64,000 nucleotides of DNA from an uncultured delta proteobacterium (lineage in GTDB: Bacteria > Desulfobacterota > WTBG01 > CAIYCZ01 > CAIRTM01): NCBI GenBank assembly GCA_963804955.1, contig CAWDSQ010000020.1, positions 246,758-310,757 on the forward strand. The letters run 5' to 3'. The position numbers and the translations under genes were made by a program. The notes beneath the pieces were generated by a model. That model made no database searches. It was not told where the DNA came from and saw only the letters and a list, made by a program, of their open reading frames with translations. Shown one piece after another: positions 35,173 to 44,893 of the stretch; position 1 is the stretch's first letter; every line of letters begins with the position of its first letter.

Positions 35173-38100
35173 TACCTGAAAACCTCCTCGGTCATGACGA
35201 CATGTTCAGAATCCCGGGTCTGCTGCTGCCTGATACGCTCCAGGGCTTTGCGGTAATCCATGGGCATGACCTTCACAAAATACGGCAGCAACTCAGCCCA
35301 GTCCTTTAAAATGCCTTCGGCATATACGCTGCCTGTATAGCCGGCATGCCGCTTGATCATGGTGTAGAGATAGGCAGCTTCCTGATCATCATCGATGGGA
35401 CTCAGATCAACCATTTCAAGGTTGCAGCGGGTGTCGAACAGCTGATTGGTGTCAAGCACATAGGCTATGCCGCCGCTCATGCCAGCCGCGAAATTGATGC
35501 CGGTAGGGCCGAGGATGATAACACGGCCGCCGGTCATATACTCGCAACCATGATCACCCACACCTTCTACCACCGCAACGGCGCCGCTGTTGCGCACGGC
35601 AAAACGCTCGCCGGCCTGCCCATGTATAAAAACCTCACCGCCTGTTGCGCCGAACAGATTTACATTTCCCGCGATGATATTGTTCTGCGGCCGGAATGTA
35701 GAATTTTCAGGCGGATACACAATGATGCGGCCCCCTGAAAGGCCCTTTCCGAAATAATCGTTTGCATCCCCTTCAAGTTCAAAGGTGATGCCGGGGGCAA
35801 GAAAGGCCCCGAAACTCTGCCCTGCCGAACCGTTGAACTTTGCCCAGATAGTGTCATCCGGCAGTCCGGCTGAGCCATACCGTTTTGACACCTCATAGCT
35901 CAGCATCGCACCGGCTGTCCGGTTGCGGTTGCGAATGTCCATAAGAATTTGAACCGGCTGGCGCTCATCCAGCGCCTGCCGCGCCTTTTCAATGATGGCA
36001 AAATCAAGACACTGGGAGAAATCGTGCTGCTGGCTCCGGGTGCAGCGCAGGCTGCGTCCTGCGGCAAGCTCCGGCTGATGAAAAATGCCTGAAAAATCAA
36101 GGCCGCGGGTTTTCCAGTGCATCAAGGCATCATTAACATCCAGCATGTCGACGCGACCAACCATATCATCGACAGTGCGGAATCCCAAAAGCGACATAAT
36201 TTCACGCGTGTCCTGAGCAACAAAGCGCATAAAATTCATCAGATGCTCGGGTTTGCCCCTGAAGCGTCTGCGCAGCTCGGGGTCCTGCGAGGCAACGCCG
36301 ACCGGACAGGCATCAAGATGGCATTTGCGCGCCATGATGCAGCCCATGGTCACCAGAACGATAGTGCCGAAGCCGAATTCTTCAGCTCCAAGAAGCGCAC
36401 CGATGACCACGTCGCGGCCCGTTCGGAGCTGGCCGTCGACCTGCAGGCGTATCCTGTTGCGCAGCTTATTGAGCAGCAGTGTCTGCTGCGCCTCGGCAAG
36501 TCCTATTTCCCAGGGCATGCCGACATATTTGATGGATGAGATAGGCGATGCGCCCGTACCGCCGTCATGGCCGCTGATGAGAACCATATCGGCCTTGCCT
36601 TTGGCCACCCCGGCAGCTATGGTGCCGACTCCCGCTTCTGACACAAGTTTAACAGACACGCGCGCCTGAGGATTGGCATTCTTCAGATCATAGATCAGCT
36701 GCGCAAGATCTTCGATGGAGTATATGTCATGATGCGGCGGCGGTGAAATGAGCATAACGCCTGGCGTTGCATGCCTGACTTTGGCTATACCTTCAGTTAC
36801 CTTATGGCCCGGCAGCTGGCCGCCTTCACCCGGCTTGGCGCCCTGTGCCATTTTGATCTGAAGCTCGCGTGCATGGGCCAGATAATTGCTGGTTACGCCA
36901 AATCGCGCTGATGCAACCTGCTTTACGGCGCTCATGGACAGGTCGCCGTCGGCCCTTGGCTGATACCTGCTCTCATCTTCGCCGCCCTCACCTGAATTGC
37001 TCTGGCTGCCCAGGCGGTTCATGGCAATGGCTATTGTCTCATGGGCCTCCGGGCTGATGGAACCCAGAGACATGGCCGATGACACAAACCGTTTAACAAT
37101 CGAGTCCACGGGCTCAACCTCATCAAGAGGTACGGGTGTGCCTTTTTTAAACTTGAAAAGGCCGCGCAGCGTGCATAGATTTTCAGCATGGTTGTTCACG
37201 CATGAGGCATATTTCTTATACAGGTCATACCGGCCATCCCTGACAGACCACTGGATATTGGCGATTGATTCAGCGGTGAGCAGGTGTTTTTCAGAAAATT
37301 TTCGGAAGTGGTAGCTCCCCCCTGACGGCAGCGCTTCACGCTCCGGACTTTCATGCAGTGCAAAGGCTTCGCTATGGCGCTGCAGGGTTTCGCGGGCTAT
37401 CTCCTCCAGCCCGATGCCACCCACGCGTGAAAAAGTGCCGGGGAAAAAGGTATCAACACATGCTTTGTTCAGGCCCACGGATTCAAACAGCTGTGCGCTT
37501 TTATAGCTGCGGATCGTGGAGATACCCATCTTGGACATAATTTTAAGGAGGCCTTTTTTAAGTGCTGTAATGTAGTTTTCGATAGCCTGCGGCATCGTCA
37601 AGCCCTGGGGCAGTTTATTATCGTTTTGCAGGGACGCAATAATCTTATATGCCAGATACGGGCACACGGCGCTTGCGCCGAAACCCACGAGGGTTGCAAA
37701 GTGCATGACATCGCGCGCCTCGGCTGTTTCGATAACGAGGCCGGCAAGATGCCGTTTGCCCGCCCGCACAAGATGATGATGCACGGCAGAGGTTGCAAGC
37801 AGGGCCGGCACCGCCATCTGCTTGCAGTCGATCCAGCGATCGGAAAGGAGCACAAGTGAAGCGCCCTGGTCGATGGCAAGCTCAGCCCGAGAGCACATGG
37901 CTCTGATGGCGTCTGCCATGCCCTGCTTCCCCTCATCCACGGCAAACAGCATGGAAACTTCTTCAACTTTAAAATCAGGTATCTCGCAGTACCGCAGCTT
38001 CTCCATGTCCTCATTGGTGAGCACGGGATAGAGAAGCTTTATCTGGTGGCAGTGCCCGGGCGTTTCTGCCAGAAGGTTGCGCTCGCGGCCGGTGAATGCC

Positions 38101-39719
38101 ATGACAGACATGACAAGATTTTCCCGGTAGGGGTCAATAGGCGGATTGGTAACCTGCGCGAAAAGCTGCTTGAAATATTTATACAGAAGCTGCGGCCGGT
38201 CGGAAAGCACGGCCAGAGCTTCGTCATTGCCCATGGAGCCGACCGGCTCCTGGGAGGTTTCAACCATAGGGGTTAAAATTTTGTCAATTTCTTCAAGGGT
38301 ATAGCCGAAAGCACGCTGCTGCGTAGCCAGCGACTTTTTCTCCTCTACCTGCACCATTCCCGGCACCTGAAAAAAACCTTTCAGCTCTATCTGATTCTGC
38401 TCCAGCCAGCGCCGGTAGGGTTTATGGCGGCATACCGATGCCTTGATCTCATTGTCCTTGATGACGCGCTTATGCACCGTATCGACAATGAGCATTTTGC
38501 CCGGCGCAAGCCGGCCTTTTTCAAGAACATCAGCCGGTTCAACAGGCACAACCCCCACTTCTGAAGCCATAATAACCCTGCCCTGCCTGGTCACAATATA
38601 GCGGGCAGGGCGCAACCCGTTCCGGTCAACTATTGCCCCCACCTTAAACCCGTCAGTGAATGCCATTGCAGCCGGGCCGTCCCAGGGCTCCATAATGGCT
38701 GCATGATATTCATAAAAAGCCCGCTTGTCTGTACTCATATGAATGGCCGGTCCGAAAGCCTCGGGAATCATCATCATCATGGCATGCTCCGGACTTCTGC
38801 CGCCGGCTACAAGCAGTTCATAGGTATTATCAAACATGGCTGAGTCACTGCCGCCCGGCATGATGATCGGGAAAAGCTTTGCTATATCATCGCCGAACAC
38901 TGGCGATGCCAGTGTTTTTTCACGCGCCTTCATCTTGTTGATATTGCCCCGAAGGGTATTGATCTCGCCGTTATGAGCCAGATACCTCAGGGGCTGGGCA
39001 AGGGGCCAGGATGGAAAGGTATTGGTGCTGTAGCGCTGATGTACCACGGCAAATGCGCTGTCGAAATCACGCTCGGCAAAATCACAGTAAAACTGCTCGA
39101 GCCGGGGGGCGTCAAACATGCCCTTATACGTGATGGTACGGCAGGACAAAGACGGAATGTAGAATTCCTCCAGCGGCAGCTTAAGACGAGCAGCCTCCTG
39201 TTCAATGCATTTGCGCACTACATACAGCTTTCGCTCCAGATTATCGCCAGCGAGTTCACCAAACTGAACAAAAAACTGCTTCATGTGGGGCATGGAGGCA
39301 AGGGCGATTTCGCCAAGGCAGTCCGGGCTCACGGGAACATCGCGCCATCCCAGCACAAGACCACCTTCCTGCTGCACAACAGATTCGACGGCAGCCAGCA
39401 TTTTTTGCCTGGTATCAATGTTTTGAGACAGAAACAAAAAACCTGCGCCGTAGGAACCGGGATCCGGAAGGCTAAAGCCCAGAGCCTTTGCCGTTTTCCT
39501 GAAGAAGAAATGAGGAAGCTGAATGAGCATGCCTGCGCCATCGCCGGTTTTCAGATCGCCGCCGACCGCTCCACGATGTACGAGGTTCTTTAAAATCGTC
39601 AATCCGCCGGTAACGATATCATGCGCTGGTTCACCGTCCACATTGACGATGAAGCCTACACCGCAGCTGTCATGTTCGAACTGCGGATCATAAAGCCCAT
39701 GCTCCGAATCCTGGCCCAT
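35172..39719 (-). CDS. gltB: Glutamate synthase large (alpha) subunit
   Basis: 1515 aa; HDSCGVGF, HQRYSTNT, EPWDGPA, KMAQGAKPGEGGQL, CIMARKCHLDAC, GXGXG domain. Confidence 0.98.
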   Translation of the reverse strand: MGQDSEHGLYDPQFEHDSCGVGFIVNVDGEPAHDIVTGGLTILKNLVHRGAVGGDLKTGDGAGMLIQLPHFFFRKTAKALGFSLPDPGSYGAGFLFLSQNIDTRQKMLAAVESVVQQEGGLVLGWRDVPVSPDCLGEIALASMPHMKQFFVQFGELAGDNLERKLYVVRKCIEQEAARLKLPLEEFYIPSLSCRTITYKGMFDAPRLEQFYCDFAERDFDSAFAVVHQRYSTNTFPSWPLAQPLRYLAHNGEINTLRGNINKMKAREKTLASPVFGDDIAKLFPIIMPGGSDSAMFDNTYELLVAGGRSPEHAMMMMIPEAFGPAIHMSTDKRAFYEYHAAIMEPWDGPAAMAFTDGFKVGAIVDRNGLRPARYIVTRQGRVIMASEVGVVPVEPADVLEKGRLAPGKMLIVDTVHKRVIKDNEIKASVCRHKPYRRWLEQNQIELKGFFQVPGMVQVEEKKSLATQQRAFGYTLEEIDKILTPMVETSQEPVGSMGNDEALAVLSDRPQLLYKYFKQLFAQVTNPPIDPYRENLVMSVMAFTGRERNLLAETPGHCHQIKLLYPVLTNEDMEKLRYCEIPDFKVEEVSMLFAVDEGKQGMADAIRAMCSRAELAIDQGASLVLLSDRWIDCKQMAVPALLATSAVHHHLVRAGKRHLAGLVIETAEARDVMHFATLVGFGASAVCPYLAYKIIASLQNDNKLPQGLTMPQAIENYITALKKGLLKIMSKMGISTIRSYKSAQLFESVGLNKACVDTFFPGTFSRVGGIGLEEIARETLQRHSEAFALHESPEREALPSGGSYHFRKFSEKHLLTAESIANIQWSVRDGRYDLYKKYASCVNNHAENLCTLRGLFKFKKGTPVPLDEVEPVDSIVKRFVSSAMSLGSISPEAHETIAIAMNRLGSQSNSGEGGEDESRYQPRADGDLSMSAVKQVASARFGVTSNYLAHARELQIKMAQGAKPGEGGQLPGHKVTEGIAKVRHATPGVMLISPPPHHDIYSIEDLAQLIYDLKNANPQARVSVKLVSEAGVGTIAAGVAKGKADMVLISGHDGGTGASPISSIKYVGMPWEIGLAEAQQTLLLNKLRNRIRLQVDGQLRTGRDVVIGALLGAEEFGFGTIVLVTMGCIMARKCHLDACPVGVASQDPELRRRFRGKPEHLMNFMRFVAQDTREIMSLLGFRTVDDMVGRVDMLDVNDALMHWKTRGLDFSGIFHQPELAAGRSLRCTRSQQHDFSQCLDFAIIEKARQALDERQPVQILMDIRNRNRTAGAMLSYEVSKRYGSAGLPDDTIWAKFNGSAGQSFGAFLAPGITFELEGDANDYFGKGLSGGRIIVYPPENSTFRPQNNIIAGNVNLFGATGGEVFIHGQAGERFAVRNSGAVAVVEGVGDHGCEYMTGGRVIILGPTGINFAAGMSGGIAYVLDTNQLFDTRCNLEMVDLSPIDDDQEAAYLYTMIKRHAGYTGSVYAEGILKDWAELLPYFVKVMPMDYRKALERIRQQQTRDSEHVVMTEEVFR

Positions 39720-39781
39720 AAAAACCTCAATTGTATGTGTCGGTTTATAAATGTTTTATATCAACATGCAAAATACTTTAA

Positions 39782-39797
39782 AGCAAAATAGATGCCA
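39782..39797 (-). promoter_or_regulatory. sigma54 -24/-12 promoter of gltBD
   Basis: TGGCATCTATTTTGCT on the minus strand ~60 nt upstream of the gltB ATG. Confidence 0.7.
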
Positions 39798-39828
39798 TTT
39801 TTGCAAACGATAACCTAAGAGCGAGGCC

Positions 39829-40647
39829 ATGCTAAACTACAAAGCTAAAGAACCATTTCCTGCTCTGTCGACCTGGATTGACTCTCAGCAGTCACAGGGC
39901 CGATATTTCTTTACCAGTGAGCAGGCCATTAATGAACTACAAGCATCCAAAGCCGCTTTTGATAATGCATCACTGAGGCTTGGAAAAAAGAAAAGAATAG
40001 CCCGGCTGTACAGCGGTTTCTATAGTATCATCCCCCTTGAATATGCCGCCACCGGCATGCTCCCTCCTGAATGGTTTATTGCCGACCTGATGAGTTATCT
40101 TAAAAAGCCATACTACGTCGGCCTTCTCAGCGCAGCAAACCTGCATGGCGCAGCCCATCAGCAGCCGCAGGAGTTTCAGGTGATAACGACCGCTGTAGTA
40201 AGAAAAATCGAGGTCGAAAATCTTGCAATTCGCTTTTTTACTAAAAAGAACTTTTGAGAGCACGTTCTACTTCTCAGGTTAAGGTGCAAACCGGTTTTAT
40301 GACGGTCTCCACCCCGGAGGCTACGGCTGTTGACCTTGTTTGCTATGCACGGCAAATTGGCGGGCTTGACCGGGTGCTTACCGTTTATCCAAGAGCTTGG
40401 GGAGGTGCTGGATGCCGACAAACTGGCAGCTGCGGCGAAAGCTGAAAATAATCTTGCGTATGCCCAGCGGTTAGGGTGGCTGCTTGAAAAGGCTGGCTTT
40501 AAAAACAAGACGCAAAAGCTTGCTGCGTGGGTATCAGGGCAAAATCCGCTGCCGGCAAGGCTTGAACCATCTCTTGCAGTAAAGGGTGCGCAGAAAGATG
40601 AACGGTGGTCGCTGCTCATTAATACCACGGTAGAGGGCGACCTGTGA
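39829..40647 (+). CDS. abiEi: Type IV toxin-antitoxin antitoxin, AbiEi family (frameshifts near 40255 and 40385)
   Basis: GRYFFT wHTH N-terminus, YYVGLLSAANLHGAAHQQPQEFQV, VSTPEATAVDL, QRLGWLLE, DERWSLLIN; GTGA overlap with the toxin. Confidence 0.88.
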
Positions 40648-41432
40648 TCCCGAAGGCCGACATTGTGGCATGGCGACAGCATGCGCCGTGGGTTGCCGAT
40701 GCTCAGGTCGAGCAGGATCTTATTATTAGCCGGGCGCTGGTTGCCATCTTTGCCGACGAAACACTTGCAGGGAAGCTTGCCTTTCGCGGCGGTACTGCTT
40801 TGCATAAGCTCTATTTTAAACCGGCACGGCGGTACTCTGAAGATATTGACCTTGTGCAGAGCAAGGCTGGCCCAATAGGTGCTGTGCTCGATAGTCTACA
40901 GGCAGTGCTCAACGGCTTTTTGGGAACGCCAAAGCGGAAACAGACAGAAGAAGGGGCCACACTAACCTACCGGATGGAATCAGAAGGGCCGCCTGTGGTG
41001 CCGATACGCTTGAAGGTTGAGATAAATACGCGCGAGCATGTTGCTTTTCAGGGGCTGCAACTGATGCCTTTTGCCGTTACAGGTCGTTGGTTCAGTGGAA
41101 GCTGTAATATTTCAACATTTACCCTTGAGGAGCTTCTGGCAACAAAACTGCGGGCGCTCTACCAGCGGCGCAAAGGCCGCGATCTGTTTGATGTATGGCT
41201 GGGGCTCACCGAAGGTGGTGCGGATGCTGTGCAGATTGTCACACTGTTTAAACAGTACATGGCTGCTGAAGGTCAAACAATTGATGCACGGACCTATGAA
41301 GCAAACATGCAGGATAAAATGAAGCATGCAGGGTTTTTGAGTGACCTGAAGCCCTTGCTGCCTGCAAAAACGAAATATGACGCATCAGAAGCCTTTGCCC
41401 TGCTGCAGAGGGAGATCATCGCTCGGCTGTAG
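40644..41432 (+). CDS. abiEii: AbiEii/AbiGii nucleotidyltransferase toxin
   Basis: QVEQDL, FRGGTALHKLY, RYSEDIDL, KVEINTRE, TKLRALYQR.KGRDLFD. Confidence 0.92.
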   Translation: MIPKADIVAWRQHAPWVADAQVEQDLIISRALVAIFADETLAGKLAFRGGTALHKLYFKPARRYSEDIDLVQSKAGPIGAVLDSLQAVLNGFLGTPKRKQTEEGATLTYRMESEGPPVVPIRLKVEINTREHVAFQGLQLMPFAVTGRWFSGSCNISTFTLEELLATKLRALYQRRKGRDLFDVWLGLTEGGADAVQIVTLFKQYMAAEGQTIDARTYEANMQDKMKHAGFLSDLKPLLPAKTKYDASEAFALLQREIIARL

Positions 41433-41459
41433 AAATCATTAGATAAAGGCCGATATTTT

Positions 41460-41550
41460 TGTCATTTCTAAGGAGCAGAGCGACTGAGAAATCTTGGGCC
41501 TGTGCTAATTAGCAGTGGGGGTAAGATTTCTCCCTTCGGTCGAAATGACA
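41460..41550. repeat. Palindromic miniature element (RPE/REP-like nested hairpin)
   Basis: Outer TGTCATTTC...GAAATGACA and inner GAGAAATCTT...AAGATTTCTC inverted repeats. Confidence 0.7.
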
Positions 41551-41661
41551 GACAACCATTCGTCGCAAAGCAGGGCAAGTCACAGGGCAAGTCCCTTAAA
41601 AAGAAAAAGACGATAAGGGCTAAAGGGCCTTTGTATAAACGGATTTACGAGGAGCGATAAT

Positions 41662-42055
41662 ATGAGTCTCAAACCCTGGCGGGAAATTGCAATTCCTCAT
41701 GAAGACGTGCTGAAAGGCACATTTCAGCAAGCGGAGTTTGCAGCCGATCTGTCGCGCGTGCATGACGGCACGGCAACGGCGGAATACCAAAACCCGGCGC
41801 TTTTTTATCAGCGCACTTTCATTACCGAAGGCCGGCCATATTGGAGGATTCCGCCTACAGCAGGCTCCAAGATGCCAAAAAGTCAAAGGTGTTAGACTGG
41901 ATCTTTTCATGTTTACACCACTAAAGTGGACCTTGAAAAGCTTGCCCGTGAATACTCTTTGCATTACACCAACAAACAAACTCCTGCGCGTGACCGACGA
42001 AGAAATTGAACTGCTCAAAAATCAGATACCAATGAATATCCGTGTAAATAGGTAA
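41662..42055 (+). pseudogene. Truncated DUF499-type AAA ATPase N-terminus joined to an unrelated gene fragment
   Basis: [38 protein letters not shown]...EYQNP..F..RTFITEG, then an abrupt switch near 41830. Confidence 0.7.
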
Positions 42056-42127
42056 AATCGGATAAAACAAAATGTGGACTACACTTATTGGCTGTCCGCT
42101 TAGAGAATCTCGAAAGCTGATACATTC

Positions 42128-42166
42128 AAAAAAAAGCGGACATACGCTCACTGCGCTGTCCGCTTT
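42128..42166 (-). terminator. Terminator after the second GOGAT-like operon
   Basis: AAAGCGGACA/TGTCCGCTTT stem with a U-run on the minus strand. Confidence 0.65.
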
Positions 42167-42190
42167 GATGAATTTTTTAAAAAAATAAAG

Positions 42191-44827
42191 TTAGTTACAC
42201 GCGCAGGTTTCTCCCAGCCCGGCGTCGTTTTTAGCGGGTGCGGAAGCCTTTTTCGGCCATATTTTTCGGTATACGTCAGCAGGTGTTTTTTTTGTGCCGT
42301 CAACGGTCAGCAGCCTGTCGAGGCTAATGCCGAAAAGATTTTCATTCTCCTGAAGATACGGCAAAATAAGGCTCCAATCGGCATCGGTCATATCGGTGTA
42401 TTCACCGCCATTGAGCTGCTCGTCAACAAGTTTCCTGTGCGGATCTCGTACATAGATCGCACCGCCTGAAGCAAGTGAAAATATATTTGAGCCCGGGTAT
42501 GGCGAGTCGTATTCTTTGATGCTGCCGTCGGCATCATCAAAGCCGATGCCATTAAGCACTACAAAACCGCCGCCATTGAGAGGATCGCCGGCCATGAAGG
42601 ATTCTGCCAGATAGTCCAGGGCCGTACCGTTGATGACCACCCGGGGCTTGCCCACGGCATTGATGAGCGGCCTGCCCGCAGCATTGCCCAGGACATAGGC
42701 CGCGCCGCCCTTGGCGCCGTACATGAAGGTCTGGCCCACATCGCCGTGCACGACGAGCTTGCCGGCTTTCATGATCTGGCAGAGCTGGTCCTGGGCATTG
42801 CCGTGCACCTGAATTTCCATGCCGTCGATGCCTGACGCGAGATAATCACCCGATGCTCCGTACACATCGATGCGCACGCCTTCGGTTGCCGCACCGAAGC
42901 CGCAGCCCGTAAAACGCTGGCCGCGGTACTTGTAGACGATAAAGCGCCGCCACCCGAGCTTGTAGGCCGCCACAATCAGGACGGCGTCGCACATATCTCC
43001 TTCGGGCTCGAATTTTTCGGCATCGATGACCAGCACCGCATCTTCCTTCAGCGGCGCTCGCAGGCTCGCGCGGGTTTCAAAATCGATATGGCTGTATTTC
43101 GAGCCCGATGTTTCCGTAATGTTCGCCGTTGCGGCAAAAATCCCGTCGAGGCTCGCTTTCAGCACATGCAGCACCGATGCCCGCTTGACCGCGCCCGTAT
43201 CGAAGCGCCGGTCACCAAGCTTGGTGAGTGCCTCGATGGCGATGGTCTTATTGGCATCGCTCTGAGCCGCGAGCTGCTCGATGGCCTTGATTGCGCAGGT
43301 GAAAGCCTCAGGGGTAAATGTTTTGAGCCCGTCCCGGATAAAGGCAAACACGCCTGCAGCTGCCGCATCGGCGCCTGACTGAAACAGGGGGGCAAGCTTG
43401 GCTGCCGCGTTCTGCACGTCTGCATCGAGTGACTTTGAGGGCACTGAGCATATCTGCTGGTCCCGAGGGGTCGTGATCACCTTCCCGAACTTGTCTGTGC
43501 AGATGAGCTTTTTGCCGCCGTTGCCATTGTCAACAAGGCTAAAAATAAAAGAACCTCCGTCTGTATAGCTGCCGCCTCGTGCATTCCAGTACTTGTCGGC
43601 AATGGGCCGGAACCGTGAATCCTCGCGCTCAAGGGATATCAGCGTTGCGTCAATGGCCTGCTTTTCCGAACAGATGAGGCCGATCTGCACCTCGCCGCTC
43701 TCCTGCAGGGCAAATACCTGCGGCCGCAGCATGGCTGTGTCGGTGATGCCGATAAGCTGCAAGGCTTTATCTGCAATATTGTTCCGGGCAATAATGAAAA
43801 ACCACGGGCCGTCGGGCGAGGCATTCACATGGTGCGTCTGAATGGCCTTGTACAGCTTCTGCTTTTCAGCCGGAAGCAGGTCGAAATCCATCTCCGATGT
43901 GGGCGCCAGTGCCTCAATCAGGTACTCGAGCGGATACTTGTACACGCGGCTCCACAGGTCGAGCATAAGCGCCGCCTCTTCGGTATCGGTGAGAAACAGA
44001 GGAATATAATTGCGTTGTTTCAGATATTCGCTCACTGACTGATAGTTGGCAAAGTCCCCATTGTGCACCAGGGCCTCGTTGAGGGCGCTGAAGGGATGGC
44101 AGCCGCCGGGATGCCACACGCGGCCGCGGGTCGGGTAGCGCTGATGGGCGATCCATGCATGGGCCTTGAACTCCTCGAGCTTGTAATACTTCACCACATT
44201 TTCAGCATAGCCCACAATTTTAAGTATCATCATGTTGCGGCCATGGGACATGACGAAGGCTTTTTTCTCGCCCAGGGAGGCATAATATTTTGTGTTGATT
44301 TTAAAGCTGTTGCGGTACACGAACTCGTCTTCGGCATCGCGTCGGTCGAGGGCTGTAAGGCCATTGTCCCGGATAAAGCCGTCGAGCACGTCCGCTTTGA
44401 CCCGGACAAAATACCGCATGATCTCGGGCGGCTTCACATCAAGGCCGATGCTGCGGTAGTCGTCGATGCGCGCCAGCTTTTCCGATTTATCGATGGTGAA
44501 GCAGGGGAAGATGAACTGCTGTTCGATTTCAGCGGCAGCTGACTCGACAAGCAGAGCTATGTGCAGCATATAGTCGTCTTCAAGCACCTGCTGTGACACG
44601 CCCAGCGCTTCGGGGATGAAGCCGACGGCAGCTATACCTCCGCCCTTGCCGTTGCCCCGGTTGTGCATCTGTACCGAGGGTTCAAAAATATTTTTTCCCG
44701 TCACGGGGATGGAGCTGATGAAACCGGTAACACCGCAGCCGCCTTCCTCTTCGGTGTTCTGGGCAAGCGGGGGCACCTGGCTGCACAGCTCGGTGCGGGA
44801 TTCAAGAATTTGTTCTGCTCTGTTCAT
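42191..44827 (-). CDS. Glutamate synthase-related subunit: Ntn (type II) amidotransferase + GXGXG domain
   Basis: EGGCGVTGF after a ~30 aa propeptide, RGNGKGGG, AHQRYPT, HPF, HNGD, TDTE, GXGXG beta-helix, YLAESFMAG. Confidence 0.85.
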   Translation of the reverse strand: MNRAEQILESRTELCSQVPPLAQNTEEEGGCGVTGFISSIPVTGKNIFEPSVQMHNRGNGKGGGIAAVGFIPEALGVSQQVLEDDYMLHIALLVESAAAEIEQQFIFPCFTIDKSEKLARIDDYRSIGLDVKPPEIMRYFVRVKADVLDGFIRDNGLTALDRRDAEDEFVYRNSFKINTKYYASLGEKKAFVMSHGRNMMILKIVGYAENVVKYYKLEEFKAHAWIAHQRYPTRGRVWHPGGCHPFSALNEALVHNGDFANYQSVSEYLKQRNYIPLFLTDTEEAALMLDLWSRVYKYPLEYLIEALAPTSEMDFDLLPAEKQKLYKAIQTHHVNASPDGPWFFIIARNNIADKALQLIGITDTAMLRPQVFALQESGEVQIGLICSEKQAIDATLISLEREDSRFRPIADKYWNARGGSYTDGGSFIFSLVDNGNGGKKLICTDKFGKVITTPRDQQICSVPSKSLDADVQNAAAKLAPLFQSGADAAAAGVFAFIRDGLKTFTPEAFTCAIKAIEQLAAQSDANKTIAIEALTKLGDRRFDTGAVKRASVLHVLKASLDGIFAATANITETSGSKYSHIDFETRASLRAPLKEDAVLVIDAEKFEPEGDMCDAVLIVAAYKLGWRRFIVYKYRGQRFTGCGFGAATEGVRIDVYGASGDYLASGIDGMEIQVHGNAQDQLCQIMKAGKLVVHGDVGQTFMYGAKGGAAYVLGNAAGRPLINAVGKPRVVINGTALDYLAESFMAGDPLNGGGFVVLNGIGFDDADGSIKEYDSPYPGSNIFSLASGGAIYVRDPHRKLVDEQLNGGEYTDMTDADWSLILPYLQENENLFGISLDRLLTVDGTKKTPADVYRKIWPKKASAPAKNDAGLGETCACN

Positions 44828-44854
44828 TATAAGAACTCCGATTGAAATTTCACT

Positions 44855-44881
44855 GTAGGGGCGGTTGCGAACCGCCCCTAC
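44855..44881. repeat. GTAG-type REP palindrome
   Basis: GTAGGGGCGGTT-GCG-AACCGCCCCTAC. Confidence 0.8.
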
Positions 44882-44893
44882 CATTAATCATAT

